Sequence record: OU343167.1
DNA: 64,000 bases
Direction: 5' to 3' (one strand)
Part shown: piece after piece, positions 19,463-29,381 of the stretch
How positions within the stretch are numbered: position 1 is the first letter of the stretch
Layout of the letters: each line of letters opens with the position of its first letter
Notes under the pieces: model-generated
Told to the model about the DNA's origin: nothing
Databases searched by the model: none
The model's input: the letters and a program-made list of their open reading frames with translations, nothing else
Program-made: the position numbers and the translations under genes

Positions 19463-20325
19463 AAAAGTACGTCCAATTTGTTTTTGCAATTCTGATCGCT
19501 CTCGCTGTTACCGGCTGTTCGTTCGAGGTTATTCCTCCGGCACATAAAGGTAAGCTACTCACTGTGAATGGCTACTCTCCGGAAGTTCTTGAACCTGGTA
19601 AACTCACCGTTTATGGACGAGACCAACTTATCCTGTTGGATGGTTCGGTTCAGACCAAAAACGAACAACTGACTGTAAAGATGGCAGATAAACTCGATCT
19701 GACTTTTACTGTTAGTTTCCGTACTCGCGTTGCTGGTAACGAACAAGTTATCAACGCCATGTTCAACTCGATCACCGTTGTGGACAATATCGTTACCCTG
19801 GATCAAGTTTACAGTATCTATGGTCGAGATGTAGTTAGCTCGGTTTCTCGTTCTGTACTTGGCAAATATAAAGTCGAAGAAGTTCCTGCAAACTTCGATA
19901 AGATCACCGCTGATCTTCTGGCCAAACTCCAAGAAGCAATGAAAAATTCTCCGCTTGAAGTATCTAACGTTACTCTCGGCAGTCTGAAGTATCCGAGTGT
20001 TATTACTGAAGCTATTGAGAAACAAGCTGAGCGTGAACTTGCTATTCAGACCGAGAATAACCAGCAAGCGATTGAAATGACCAAACGCACTAACGCCTTG
20101 AAACTGGCCGAAGCTGATCGTGAGGTTGAGCTGACTAAAGCACGTACCCTGCGTGATCAGAACCAAATTGTTGCAGCGGGTATTAGCGAGAAGCTTCTGC
20201 AATATCGTGCTCTGGAAGTTCAAGAAAAAATGGCTAACAGTCTGGGTAACTCCGGCTCGTCCATCTTTGTTCCATATGAAGCACTGAACAGCACTGGCAT
20301 GAGCAATCGTGTATTCAGCAAGTAA
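19459..20325 (+). CDS. SPFH/band-7 domain lipoprotein
   Basis: lipobox ALAVTGC; IPPAHKGKLL, coiled-coil C-terminus, EKLLQYRALE. Confidence 0.85.
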   Translation: MKKYVQFVFAILIALAVTGCSFEVIPPAHKGKLLTVNGYSPEVLEPGKLTVYGRDQLILLDGSVQTKNEQLTVKMADKLDLTFTVSFRTRVAGNEQVINAMFNSITVVDNIVTLDQVYSIYGRDVVSSVSRSVLGKYKVEEVPANFDKITADLLAKLQEAMKNSPLEVSNVTLGSLKYPSVITEAIEKQAERELAIQTENNQQAIEMTKRTNALKLAEADREVELTKARTLRDQNQIVAAGISEKLLQYRALEVQEKMANSLGNSGSSIFVPYEALNSTGMSNRVFSK

Positions 20326-20384
20326 TTTAATCTGCGTCTCTTAGGAGACGCAGTTATACCTTCTCTCTAATTAAGGATACGAAA

Positions 20385-20696
20385 ATGGAACATGTAGAAA
20401 ACGTAATTGAACAACATTCGGCTCTGACCAACGCTGGTGCTTCTGTACTGAAATACTGCGAAGATCTCAAAAGCGATCTTCTTAAAGGTCTCGATGTTGA
20501 AGCCGAAGCAGTCAAAGTACATTCGGCATTTATCGATCGTGCTATCGCTGGTACCATGGCCGGTATCCAGAATGATTTCCATCTGGTACCGAAGTTCATT
20601 GTTAATGAGAGTGGTGAATCTCAGACGGTTGAAGTCGCTCCGAATACTCTGGAGATTGACCTGGCTGCTTCCTATTGGGCAACTGTTAATAACTGA
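20385..20696 (+). CDS. hypothetical protein
   Basis: TAAGGA RBS. Confidence 0.75.
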   Translation: MEHVENVIEQHSALTNAGASVLKYCEDLKSDLLKGLDVEAEAVKVHSAFIDRAIAGTMAGIQNDFHLVPKFIVNESGESQTVEVAPNTLEIDLAASYWATVNN

Positions 20697-20749
20697 TCCG
20701 ACATAAGGCTGTCCCCGCGGGGACAGCTTTTTTACCGTTTAATTTTTAG

Positions 20750-21181
20750 GTGGAAAGTATGCCATTTACTATTCCGACATCGGCTATTATTCTTTTAATT
20801 CTGGCCGGTTTAATTTGGTTAACACTACCAACAGAATCAAAAAAGAAAGAAAAGCCAAAAAAGAAAGAAAAGCGTCGTGTTATTATCGGTAGTATGACAC
20901 ACTACGTCGGTAGTAACCTTATTGCTTATTCAGACTTCCGTCGAATGTATCTAGACTTTCCAGATACCCAGGGCACTGTGTTTCTTTGCTGTCAGGATAG
21001 AACAATTGAAGTATACCAATCTCTTGAATCGGCATACCGAATGGCAGGGGAAGATACGCATTCTATTCTAGAAGTTACTTTGGTTGGCGATCCTGAATGG
21101 AGTGTTAAAGTAGAGCAGGTTACAGAGGGGCAAACCGGTGTACGGACTGAACTTGGCTTTGGTATTATCGCTATGAAGTGA
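20750..21181 (+). CDS. hypothetical protein, N-terminal TM anchor
   Basis: AIILLILAGLIWLTL followed by Lys-rich tract. Confidence 0.7.
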   Translation: MESMPFTIPTSAIILLILAGLIWLTLPTESKKKEKPKKKEKRRVIIGSMTHYVGSNLIAYSDFRRMYLDFPDTQGTVFLCCQDRTIEVYQSLESAYRMAGEDTHSILEVTLVGDPEWSVKVEQVTEGQTGVRTELGFGIIAMK

Positions 21182-21232
21182 CCGATGTTATGTACAGCAA
21201 TACCGCTGTTCATGACTATGGAGAATCACCCA

Positions 21233-21640
21233 ATGGCGATTTATTCCCTGGACGAAGCCGGCAAGGCTATGTCCGATGCTGAGATTGCTCAGTATGAAGA
21301 TGCTATCAACGAATATCTGTCTCTTCCTGGGACTGTTGATTTCCTTAACGATCCGGAACAAGCTGTCCATTTCGTTCACCGTCATTTCCGTAATGTCACC
21401 ATTGCTGAAACTTCCGTTGCTGCTCTAAAGAAAGCGATTGAAGATGCCGGTTGGAAATCCGTTTCCGTTGAAATCAAGAATGGAAATGAGATGTTCGTTA
21501 GCTTCTATGTTGAAGAACAACCGGAAGCTCCGGTAGAACCTGAACCGGGTGAAGGTGGCGATAACGAAGGTGAGAATGGTGGCACTGGCGGTACTCCTCC
21601 GGAGACTGGCGGCGAAACCGAACCCGACGTTGGTGAGTAA
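21233..21640 (+). CDS. hypothetical protein with Gly/Glu-rich tail
   Basis: GGAG RBS; IEDAGWKSV; EPEPGEGGDNEGENGG tail. Confidence 0.75.
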   Translation: MAIYSLDEAGKAMSDAEIAQYEDAINEYLSLPGTVDFLNDPEQAVHFVHRHFRNVTIAETSVAALKKAIEDAGWKSVSVEIKNGNEMFVSFYVEEQPEAPVEPEPGEGGDNEGENGGTGGTPPETGGETEPDVGE

Positions 21641-21675
21641 ACATAATTGCCTCTCCTTCGGGAGAGGCGTTATGT
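21641..21675. terminator. Palindromic terminator family copy
   Basis: ACATAATT-GCCTCTCC-TTCG-GGAGAGGC-GTTATGT. Confidence 0.85.
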
Positions 21676-21687
21676 CCTTTTTTCTTT

Positions 21688-21780
21688 TATATTTAAACGC
21701 ATTAAAAGCCTATATTACAACTGTGATAATAGAAGGTTATATTTAAACCTTTTAAATCCCTATATTACAAATGTGATATT
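21688..21780 (+). promoter_or_regulatory. tandem duplicated early promoter (TATATTAC at 21711 and 21761)
   Basis: imperfect direct repeat with 50-bp period: TTATATTTAAAC..TT.AAA.CC-TATATTACAA.TGTGAT. Confidence 0.75.
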
Positions 21781-21804
21781 CCACCATGTAAAAAGGATAG
21801 TACA

Positions 21805-22410
21805 ATGAAACAATTGCGAAAAGAAATTCTGAGCAATACCATCGATGGTATTCCGTCTGCATGTGAGCTTCACCTGTACGTTGATTTCATTTTTAACGTA
21901 CCTGTGTTCATCGTCCATAATCAACTAGCTAATGATTTCGATGTAGACGATGTTCGTCGTTACGGTGCTGTGTTCGTGGATTTCTATTCCGCGATGAATT
22001 TCATGCAACTCGCTAAAGCTACCTGGTATGGTAACACCGAGATCGAACTCGGGCGGGTACAAGGGTGCATCAAATACCATGAGCTTTATGAGCTACTGGA
22101 AGACAAAAACGGTGATGATGAACTTATCATCGAGATCTCGGCTGGGAACAAATTTGTGTTTCTCACTGTTGGAGATGATCCCAATTCTCTTCACTTCACA
22201 TCGGATATCAGTAAGGCATGTAACTTCAATAATCTTGGACATGCTGACATGATTATCGCTCGCCTTGGACTCGCATGTGAGATGGCGTCCGTAACCGAAA
22301 TCATCAAAACTGGAGTTTTCAACGATCATGATGTCGTTAACTTCAGTGTTCTCCGAAAAACCGCAGAGCGTACACATAGTGTCGTTCGCCACTACACCAC
22401 TAATATTTAA
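21805..22410 (+). CDS. hypothetical protein
   Basis: AAGGA RBS; first gene after tandem promoter. Confidence 0.8.
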   Translation: MKQLRKEILSNTIDGIPSACELHLYVDFIFNVPVFIVHNQLANDFDVDDVRRYGAVFVDFYSAMNFMQLAKATWYGNTEIELGRVQGCIKYHELYELLEDKNGDDELIIEISAGNKFVFLTVGDDPNSLHFTSDISKACNFNNLGHADMIIARLGLACEMASVTEIIKTGVFNDHDVVNFSVLRKTAERTHSVVRHYTTNI

Positions 22411-22424
22411 AAGGAAAATTCAAA

Positions 22425-22661
22425 ATGCTGACTTACAACATCCTGAACGATATGGTTACCATCATCCATCTGGATCCGGTTACCATGACACCCGAGCGCT
22501 TCCAGGCTTACAACATGCATGTGGCTGGTAAACTCGGACATGATGCACGTGCTTTCATGAAGAAAGATGGGCACGGCTACGACGTGATCGAATGCTGGGG
22601 TTCCAGCGTAGAAGCCAAAGAAAAACTGATTCAAGCACTGCGCGAGGTTGATTCCAAATGA
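22425..22661 (+). CDS. hypothetical protein
   Basis: AAGGA RBS. Confidence 0.75.
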   Translation: MLTYNILNDMVTIIHLDPVTMTPERFQAYNMHVAGKLGHDARAFMKKDGHGYDVIECWGSSVEAKEKLIQALREVDSK

Positions 22662-23050
22662 GTATCGTATCTGTAAAGGTTACTCGTAAGCGTAAAGGCG
22701 TTATCTATGTTCCACGTGGTGTTGGGTGTGCCGTTAATCCCGGTACCAATCTGATCAGTATCGAATACAACCGTGCTGATAATTACGGTATCGATGACGG
22801 TGTCAATGTCTTCGAGATTGATGGATTCGATAATCCCATCAATAGCCGTAATGCAGAGCTCGTCGAATGGGTGAAAGCCTGTAATGGCGAAAATATCGTT
22901 GTCCATTGTGAAATGGGCATGAAGCGTTCCAAGCAAGTAGCTCTGTGGATCATTGAACACTTCGGTTACCACATGATGGATACCATTGAATTCCAGCGGC
23001 CGGGTGATGGAAACTGGGTTCGTTACAACCGCTATCGCTCGGGAGAATAA
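22658..23050 (+). CDS. CX5R (tyrosine/dual-specificity) phosphatase-like protein
   Basis: IVVHCEMGMKRS = HCX5R signature. Confidence 0.7.
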   Translation: MSIVSVKVTRKRKGVIYVPRGVGCAVNPGTNLISIEYNRADNYGIDDGVNVFEIDGFDNPINSRNAELVEWVKACNGENIVVHCEMGMKRSKQVALWIIEHFGYHMMDTIEFQRPGDGNWVRYNRYRSGE

Positions 23051-23051
23051 C

Positions 23052-23582
23052 ATGTTCGAACTCAAATTCGCTGAAAAGGAAAGTTTCCCTGGTCGTGGTC
23101 CATGCATTGAACTCTATGGTGACTATGTCACCGAGCGTGTATGGGAAGCTGTTCATCGGGTTGTTACATGTAACCTGATGTCCTCTCCGTTCTATCAAGC
23201 AAAACAAGGTTTCAGTGTATTCTTCCAAGGCGGTCATAATGACCCACGTGGAAAATGGATCCTTCTGGAATTCTGGGTTGATGACATCGAGAAAACCAAC
23301 GAATTCGTCCGACTCTTGTCGATTGAAGTTGATAAGGTTCTGATGAAGCGTAATACCCAGATCTGCGTTAACCCGTACAAAATGGGTTACGATGATGGCA
23401 ATGGTTCTTATACCGCTCTCAGTGAAATCCATAAAGAAACTGGCTGTCGTGTTGACTGGGGTTGTTCGATGAGCCCCATCACATTCCATCCAGAAAATAA
23501 CCTGGAACATCGTGCAGTAACTAAACTCTGTGAGATGTTCCAACTTCCTGTAACTCGCTGGAAAGACACCTGGGAAGTCTAA
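23052..23582 (+). CDS. hypothetical protein
   Basis: GGGAG RBS; start moved to MFELK. Confidence 0.75.
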   Translation: MFELKFAEKESFPGRGPCIELYGDYVTERVWEAVHRVVTCNLMSSPFYQAKQGFSVFFQGGHNDPRGKWILLEFWVDDIEKTNEFVRLLSIEVDKVLMKRNTQICVNPYKMGYDDGNGSYTALSEIHKETGCRVDWGCSMSPITFHPENNLEHRAVTKLCEMFQLPVTRWKDTWEV

Positions 23583-23624
23583 CCCGGAATCCCAATCTAC
23601 TGATTAACTAAAAAGGAAAATGTA

Positions 23625-24098
23625 ATGTTCGGTTCTAATAATACTGCTGATCGCCGCCTCGCTTCCACTCTGGCTCAAGAAAACAAAATCGAGATCGTGG
23701 GTGGTAATATCGTCCTGTCGGATCTGTATCGTGCAACTCCTCTGATGGACGACAAACTGTTGTTCAACGTGGAGGCTCTTCCGGAATTCATGCCTCACCT
23801 ACTGACCTTCGCTCCGGTGGAAGTCGAACGTAAAAATCTGATCCTGGGCGATGAGCGGGTGTTCCAGCTGATCGAGAACTACATCGAAAATATGACCGAT
23901 GAGGAAGCGCTGGTTATTCGTAACCAAATCGATCGCATCAATGTCGTTTATGGCATCCGTTCCATCGAGTGTTACAAAGACAGCTTCATCGTGCACTTCA
24001 ACATGGGCAAGAAACCCATGAGCGCGATCATCGCTGTGCTCAACATGGTTGATGGTGTCGATACCTTCGAGTACGCTCATCGCACTTCTCTGAACTAA
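23625..24098 (+). CDS. hypothetical protein
   Basis: AAGGA RBS. Confidence 0.8.
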   Translation: MFGSNNTADRRLASTLAQENKIEIVGGNIVLSDLYRATPLMDDKLLFNVEALPEFMPHLLTFAPVEVERKNLILGDERVFQLIENYIENMTDEEALVIRNQIDRINVVYGIRSIECYKDSFIVHFNMGKKPMSAIIAVLNMVDGVDTFEYAHRTSLN

Positions 24099-24104
24099 TG
24101 ACAG

Positions 24105-24121
24105 GGGACCTTCGGGTCCCC
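24105..24121 (+). terminator. Intrinsic terminator
   Basis: GGGGACC-TTCG-GGTCCC then CTTT. Confidence 0.75.
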
Positions 24122-24146
24122 TTTCTATACATTTTTCTTTAGGGTC

Positions 24147-24503
24147 TTGAAAATGCAAGTTAAACAAGGTTGGGGTTCACTCCCCGAGTCGTTGTCTCTC
24201 TTCGACAACACGAGTAAGGCTTCTGAAGCATTCCGTAAGGTACGCGAAGCTAATCCAGAAATGTTCAATGTCGTTGATCAAACGCGCATTATTATTCGGT
24301 CTGGTGTATTGGAACCGGAGAACTGGAAACTCGATGACCACACTAAAGGTCTGGTCTATCGCGTCAGTATGGGTAGTATGCCGTGGAACATGGCAGACTA
24401 TCAAGAACTCCGGCAATGGCTTTTCCGTTTGGGTTATGTCAACCCCTACATCGAATACAACCCTGAAAAATCTATGGTCACCATTCAATTTGAGATGCCA
24501 TAA
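24147..24503 (+). CDS. hypothetical protein
   Basis: packed ORF. Confidence 0.7.
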   Translation: MKMQVKQGWGSLPESLSLFDNTSKASEAFRKVREANPEMFNVVDQTRIIIRSGVLEPENWKLDDHTKGLVYRVSMGSMPWNMADYQELRQWLFRLGYVNPYIEYNPEKSMVTIQFEMP

Positions 24504-24925
24504 TGACTGAACTCGACGAAAAGATAAAGAAGCTATTGGACTGGAGTTGGCGTGTAGAGATAGAGCCTCGCCATTATAATGGAAAGGCCACTCTGACACA
24601 AATGCTATGTGGCCGTAGTTGCTATTATGGATCCTTCATCGATGCCAATAAACTCTTGGTGTCTGATGAAGACCAGAAGACTATGTTTGAATCCGCTAAG
24701 GCTACGAAGCAATTCGTATCGCTTAGCATCGAGCTTACCTACAAAGAACCTAAAAAGTACTCGTGGGAAAAACAAACATATCGAACTAAAACCTTGTGCA
24801 TCTGGGCCGATACCATTAGCAAAGCTGTGCAGATAGCTTATCTCTATTTAGATGAACATACGACTAATGAGACACATGACAATGGTCAGTCTGTTTATAA
24901 GGTCGTAAAATTACCCGGAGAATAG
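24503..24925 (+). CDS. hypothetical protein
   Basis: TAATG overlap. Confidence 0.7.
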   Translation: MTELDEKIKKLLDWSWRVEIEPRHYNGKATLTQMLCGRSCYYGSFIDANKLLVSDEDQKTMFESAKATKQFVSLSIELTYKEPKKYSWEKQTYRTKTLCIWADTISKAVQIAYLYLDEHTTNETHDNGQSVYKVVKLPGE

Positions 24926-24927
24926 AC

Positions 24928-25188
24928 ATGAATTCTAACATCAAACTGGTAAAAAACGAAGGCGAATGGCTGGTACAGAAAATGGAAACTCAGAACAAGT
25001 TTACGTTTTCGCTGGATGATGATACCAGTTGGGTGTCACTAGGAATTCATCCTGACTCGGGTCTTCGTTTCGAATGCAATATGAGTGGTGTTCTAGAACG
25101 GGTTTATCGGGTGAAAGACAACATTGATCTTGATGTGGTTGAAATCCCATCTAACCATGGTCTTGCACGCCAACTTAATATTCAATGA
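24928..25188 (+). CDS. hypothetical protein
   Basis: GGAG RBS. Confidence 0.7.
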   Translation: MNSNIKLVKNEGEWLVQKMETQNKFTFSLDDDTSWVSLGIHPDSGLRFECNMSGVLERVYRVKDNIDLDVVEIPSNHGLARQLNIQ

Positions 25189-25589
25189 GGTTATCAATGT
25201 TTATTGAAACACTGGTTAACTTATGCATCATAGTTGCTGTAATTGCACTTGCTTATACAATCGTTCGTTTTGTATTTAGGATCAGGAAACATTTTGTCGT
25301 AAATGTACTACATGTCCGAGGTGCAGTGAGTCGCAAAATACCAATTAAAAATAAAGGTAATTGCTATGGGCTGCGTGATGGTAGGAACCAGTTCTATGTT
25401 GTAATTAGAAATGGTGAAGTGACCTACCACAAAAACCTTACCAATCTGGAGATAGATTTAATCTCCAACGATGCTGATACCCTGTACTTCAAATATCACC
25501 AAGTCTGGTTAAGAGGCGGTGGTGCTTATAAATTCGAGGAATTCGATTTGAAGGGTAACAATAACGTTATTGATTGGAGGACAATCTAA
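25185..25589 (+). CDS. hypothetical protein, N-terminal TM
   Basis: LCIIVAVIALAYTIV. Confidence 0.7.
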   Translation: MRLSMFIETLVNLCIIVAVIALAYTIVRFVFRIRKHFVVNVLHVRGAVSRKIPIKNKGNCYGLRDGRNQFYVVIRNGEVTYHKNLTNLEIDLISNDADTLYFKYHQVWLRGGGAYKFEEFDLKGNNNVIDWRTI

Positions 25590-25603
25590 CACGGAGATTC
25601 CGT

Positions 25604-25981
25604 ATGGATAAAACTCTCATTGAGTTATCTTTTCTATTATTCATGACTGCATTACTACTAGCTTGGGTAATGATTATTATTCATCGTCCTCTTGTAGTGA
25701 ATAATAAGCGCGTGAATATAGAAGTAGTAGGATACTCACATGACGGTATAAAAACGACTCCGGTCTGTTCGAATCCTGTTGTGGTCGATAGCTTAGATTC
25801 GACATTTTATGTCTATCTTTCTAATGACATGGTTATACTAGATCAACGCTATAGGGAAGATTTGATATATCAGTCCTCGTTCTATTATGTCATTGAAACT
25901 TCATTGAATGAATTTGTTCGAGTCATTAGAACGCGATCTGATAAACCCATTAGCTTCAATTTCAAATTTGGAGAATACTGA
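25604..25981 (+). CDS. hypothetical protein, N-terminal TM
   Basis: GGAG RBS; LSFLLFMTALLLAWVMIII. Confidence 0.7.
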   Translation: MDKTLIELSFLLFMTALLLAWVMIIIHRPLVVNNKRVNIEVVGYSHDGIKTTPVCSNPVVVDSLDSTFYVYLSNDMVILDQRYREDLIYQSSFYYVIETSLNEFVRVIRTRSDKPISFNFKFGEY

Positions 25982-26421
25982 TGACTGAGAAAGTCTCTAG
26001 TTCTATCCGTGTACCGCTTTACCAAATGGGTAAGAGCGATAAGCACTTCGCACAACATTTACGTATGCCTGTTTATCGGGTTGATATAGAAGGTGTTGGT
26101 TCGGTTCTGTCTAGTTATGTGAAGGTGGATTCCACGTTCAATATCTTTGCACTCTGCGGTGGTGATGAAGACATTCGTAAACTGAAGATTGAAGAAGTCG
26201 CCTACGTTGATTCGGGTGATAATATTCTATTCCACAAAGTCACCGAACACGATCCTATCGAAATTCGTCGCGATGGTCTTTTCCGTTTTGGTATGGTATC
26301 CAAGATGGATGGACTGCGGTGGGGAACTACCTTCGAAGTCGATGGTGTTACTGGTCATGCTGTGATCAAGATCGATCGGGAATCTCCGATTATCGGAGTT
26401 AAGTTCTCTCTGGTAGCTTAA
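25981..26421 (+). CDS. hypothetical protein
   Basis: TGATG overlap. Confidence 0.75.
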   Translation: MTEKVSSSIRVPLYQMGKSDKHFAQHLRMPVYRVDIEGVGSVLSSYVKVDSTFNIFALCGGDEDIRKLKIEEVAYVDSGDNILFHKVTEHDPIEIRRDGLFRFGMVSKMDGLRWGTTFEVDGVTGHAVIKIDRESPIIGVKFSLVA

Positions 26422-26454
26422 CATAGAGCTCTCCCTTCGGGGAGAGCATTATGT
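26421..26454. terminator. Palindromic terminator family copy
   Basis: ACATAGA-GCTCTCCC-TTCG-GGGAGAGC-ATTATGT. Confidence 0.85.
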
Positions 26455-26480
26455 CGTTACATTCAATTGTTTTAAAAGCC

Positions 26481-26488
26481 TATATTAC
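26481..26488 (+). promoter_or_regulatory. early promoter core TATATTAC
   Basis: TTTTAAAAGCC-TATATTAC. Confidence 0.72.
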
Positions 26489-26514
26489 AAGCTTGGTCAA
26501 CCGGGGAACATGTA

Positions 26515-26871
26515 ATGAAAGATATACTGATCCGTGAATCACGTAATGCGGCTGTAACTAGCGTCATGCGTATTTATTACGATCAACAACATAAGGCTGG
26601 TGTAACGACTGAAGCTGCAACGAATGCTATCGTTGATGCTTTCAACAATCGTTTCGACTTCAAAGCTGAACTGAGGGATAACGCAAACGATGAACGTCTG
26701 TTTGTTGTAAACTGTATCTTCGAGGGACGGGATCGCCGTTACCTCACTGTTTGGGTTGATCGTTCCACGGGTGAGATCAATGCACATGCAAATCACACTC
26801 TGAATTGGCCCGATGCAAATCGTTTCCAACGTGAACTAATCTCTGTCGCTGTAATTGCTTCAACGGTGTAA
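26515..26871 (+). CDS. hypothetical protein
   Basis: first gene after early promoter. Confidence 0.75.
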   Translation: MKDILIRESRNAAVTSVMRIYYDQQHKAGVTTEAATNAIVDAFNNRFDFKAELRDNANDERLFVVNCIFEGRDRRYLTVWVDRSTGEINAHANHTLNWPDANRFQRELISVAVIASTV

Positions 26872-26982
26872 AATGCAACAAGTTACAACAAGTAAACAAA
26901 AATATATCATCAACACGATACTCGACCAAAAATGGAGAGAGCGTAAAGATGTAGTGACAGATAAAGCGAAAGGTAAAAAGAA

Positions 26983-27282
26983 ATGAACTTCAGTACTCTC
27001 ATTAGTGATACAATGAAACTTAGTGCTAACCTGGCAAAGAACGATGTCGTTAAAGGCATGGTATTGCAGGCGGCCAGGGATATTTTTATTACCCGTACTG
27101 ATAGAGAAAAAGGTTATACCGAAACAAAGTATGCCAATGAAGGTGATGACCTTGAAATCATTTGCGAAGATGTAGATAATCCAGCTGGTGGTTTCCGGGT
27201 AATCAACCATGATAATTTCAATCAGATTGAAACCATCCCATTTAGTGAGATGGAAGATACATTCAACGACTATGGCAAATAA
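26983..27282 (+). CDS. hypothetical protein
   Basis: AAGGT RBS. Confidence 0.7.
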   Translation: MNFSTLISDTMKLSANLAKNDVVKGMVLQAARDIFITRTDREKGYTETKYANEGDDLEIICEDVDNPAGGFRVINHDNFNQIETIPFSEMEDTFNDYGK

Positions 27283-27313
27283 ACATAGTTATCTCGATCA
27301 AGAGGAATAAACC

Positions 27314-27511
27314 ATGAGTGTTAAAGCTACCGCTCTGGAAAACATCACTGCCAACGTTAGTGATAGTGGGCCTGGTTTAATAATGGCAAATAAAGGTGAT
27401 GAACTCAAGATCATTCGTAAGGTAAGCGGGGACACTTACGAGGTTGTTCTATCGAGTGATCCTGAAGCTGTATCGTTCTATGCCTCCCGTAGTCAGATTG
27501 TCATTCATTAA
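27314..27511 (+). CDS. hypothetical protein (SH3-like size)
   Basis: GAGGA RBS. Confidence 0.7.
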   Translation: MSVKATALENITANVSDSGPGLIMANKGDELKIIRKVSGDTYEVVLSSDPEAVSFYASRSQIVIH

Positions 27512-27525
27512 TAGAGGATTCGAAA

Positions 27526-28050
27526 ATGAAAGTAGGTGATCAGTTCTATACAACTACCACACTGCGCACGCAGGATAATCCGAATGTAACCTATCATCCT
27601 GGTTGGGTACTTACCCTCGAAAAAGAAATGGAAGGCACTACACTGTTTATCGGTGTAGATAGCTGCGGACGTCGATTCGTGGTCGGACCTCATAATGGAG
27701 TAGCTACTGATATCCCAGTCGATCCTGAACTTTTCCGCCGTGCTGTTGCACGAGGATATGATGGTAGCCCCGAGTTCTTCCGCAAAGGTTACAACCGTAT
27801 CCTCGAAATGCAATTGAAGGTGGCGATGGAAGGTCGTCAGATCTTTATGATTTCTGACGAGGCATTGGACAAAGCCATTCAACTCGACTCCGAAATGGAA
27901 TCTATTGGTGTATTCGATCCTATGTATGAGCAACATAAAGCTAGCCGAGATGCGTATCTCAACATGGCTGAGATTCTCAGTAAGCTGGAATCGCTTGTTG
28001 TTACATACCGAGAAGAATCCCGTCTGCTCTTCCCAGAATACCACAAGTAA
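27526..28050 (+). CDS. hypothetical protein
   Basis: GAGGA RBS. Confidence 0.8.
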   Translation: MKVGDQFYTTTTLRTQDNPNVTYHPGWVLTLEKEMEGTTLFIGVDSCGRRFVVGPHNGVATDIPVDPELFRRAVARGYDGSPEFFRKGYNRILEMQLKVAMEGRQIFMISDEALDKAIQLDSEMESIGVFDPMYEQHKASRDAYLNMAEILSKLESLVVTYREESRLLFPEYHK

Positions 28051-28094
28051 TACTGGGCTGCTAAATGTAATAGTCATTTAGCAAGGATTTTGAA

Positions 28095-28454
28095 ATGCAA
28101 CAGGCATTCCATGGTGAAACCCAATACAACAAATGGTCTTCGACTATCTGGGGTAGGGGGAAACGTAAAGATGTTGTAACGAATGGGTTGTACTGCATTG
28201 TCCATCTTGGGACCGGTAAGTTCGTCATGGGGCGAAGTAAAACGGTCTCTAAAGATGTAGACCAATTGATCGCACGCATTAAAGGACAAGCTAGCCCTTG
28301 GCCTAAGATGAATCGATTGATGGAAGGTGATCCAGAAAACAGCGATCTGGAATTGTTGGAGTTTCCTGCAAGTCAAGCAGAAGCCAAACAAATCGAAGGT
28401 CGCATTCGGATCACCCTAAAAGAAACGCAGTATAGCTATCTGTTACTCAATTGA
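28095..28454 (+). CDS. degenerate GIY-YIG-like protein
   Basis: GLYCIVHLGTGKFVMGRS resembles GIY-X9-11-YIG; ..AEAKQIE..I helix. Confidence 0.5.
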   Translation: MQQAFHGETQYNKWSSTIWGRGKRKDVVTNGLYCIVHLGTGKFVMGRSKTVSKDVDQLIARIKGQASPWPKMNRLMEGDPENSDLELLEFPASQAEAKQIEGRIRITLKETQYSYLLLN

Positions 28455-28491
28455 GGACCTTCGGGTCCTCTTTATTCCCTTAGGAGCGAAC

Positions 28492-29136
28492 ATGTCTAAT
28501 GTAGTTGATGTTGCAGGAACTGTATCTGGTATGGCCATTCAACCGAACAACCCTGTATTCGAGATGTCGCATGTACTCGAACAAAAGGTAGCTGATATCC
28601 AGAAGGCGATTGTTAATCAATTCGAAGGTAATGACTACGTTATTTATACGCGTCGTGCTGACGAACTGCCGCAAGCACGTTTCACCATTGGTCTTGGTCG
28701 AACCGGGTTACCTGAATTTGTTACCATGGGTCTTACTGAAAAAGATTACGTGCGTGATATTTTCCGTGCAGCTGCTGTAGCCGCAGATACTGTCGACATT
28801 GAGGAACGTGATCTGTACAACGCAGGAGACTGGGCAGACTATCTGAACGAAAAGCTGTTGTCGGCCAAAAATCTTCGCTACTACTATCGGTTCATTCCTA
28901 TTGACTCCGAACAGTTCATGCATGGAGTTGGTTTGAACTGTGGTCGTTTTTACGGACCGAACTCGGACCGTGTACGTGTAGTGCAATTGATTTACTCCCT
29001 GGATGGGTATTTCCCTGATGAAGAAGGTTATCCTTCTAATCTCATCGATCAACCTATCCTCCCGCAAATCCCTTACGGTTACCCGCATCGTGCATCTGCA
29101 CGTTTCGCTGATACCGATAACCGTTGGTTGAATTGA
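28492..29136 (+). CDS. DUF4262-like protein
   Basis: FTIGLGRTGLPEFVTMGL and VVQLIYSLDGYFPDEEGY. Confidence 0.6.
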   Translation: MSNVVDVAGTVSGMAIQPNNPVFEMSHVLEQKVADIQKAIVNQFEGNDYVIYTRRADELPQARFTIGLGRTGLPEFVTMGLTEKDYVRDIFRAAAVAADTVDIEERDLYNAGDWADYLNEKLLSAKNLRYYYRFIPIDSEQFMHGVGLNCGRFYGPNSDRVRVVQLIYSLDGYFPDEEGYPSNLIDQPILPQIPYGYPHRASARFADTDNRWLN

Positions 29137-29143
29137 GGTAAAC

Positions 29144-29374
29144 ATGGAAAAGAAATTCAAATGTGGTACGTTCATTCTCACCAATAATCAGGTAAAGAAT
29201 GCCAAAGGTGAGATCTATATGGAAGCAGATCAGCCGGGTCGAATCATGGTAGTCGATCCGGCAAAAGCTCCATTGATGTATGGTATTCGTCGAGATGAAA
29301 CCACCATCAATTACGTGTATGTCACTGAAACTGATATCCGTGTAAATCCGGCGTTCCCTCTACCAAGTCTGTGA
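29144..29374 (+). CDS. hypothetical protein
   Basis: GAGGT RBS. Confidence 0.7.
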   Translation: MEKKFKCGTFILTNNQVKNAKGEIYMEADQPGRIMVVDPAKAPLMYGIRRDETTINYVYVTETDIRVNPAFPLPSL

Positions 29375-29381
29375 GGTAAGC

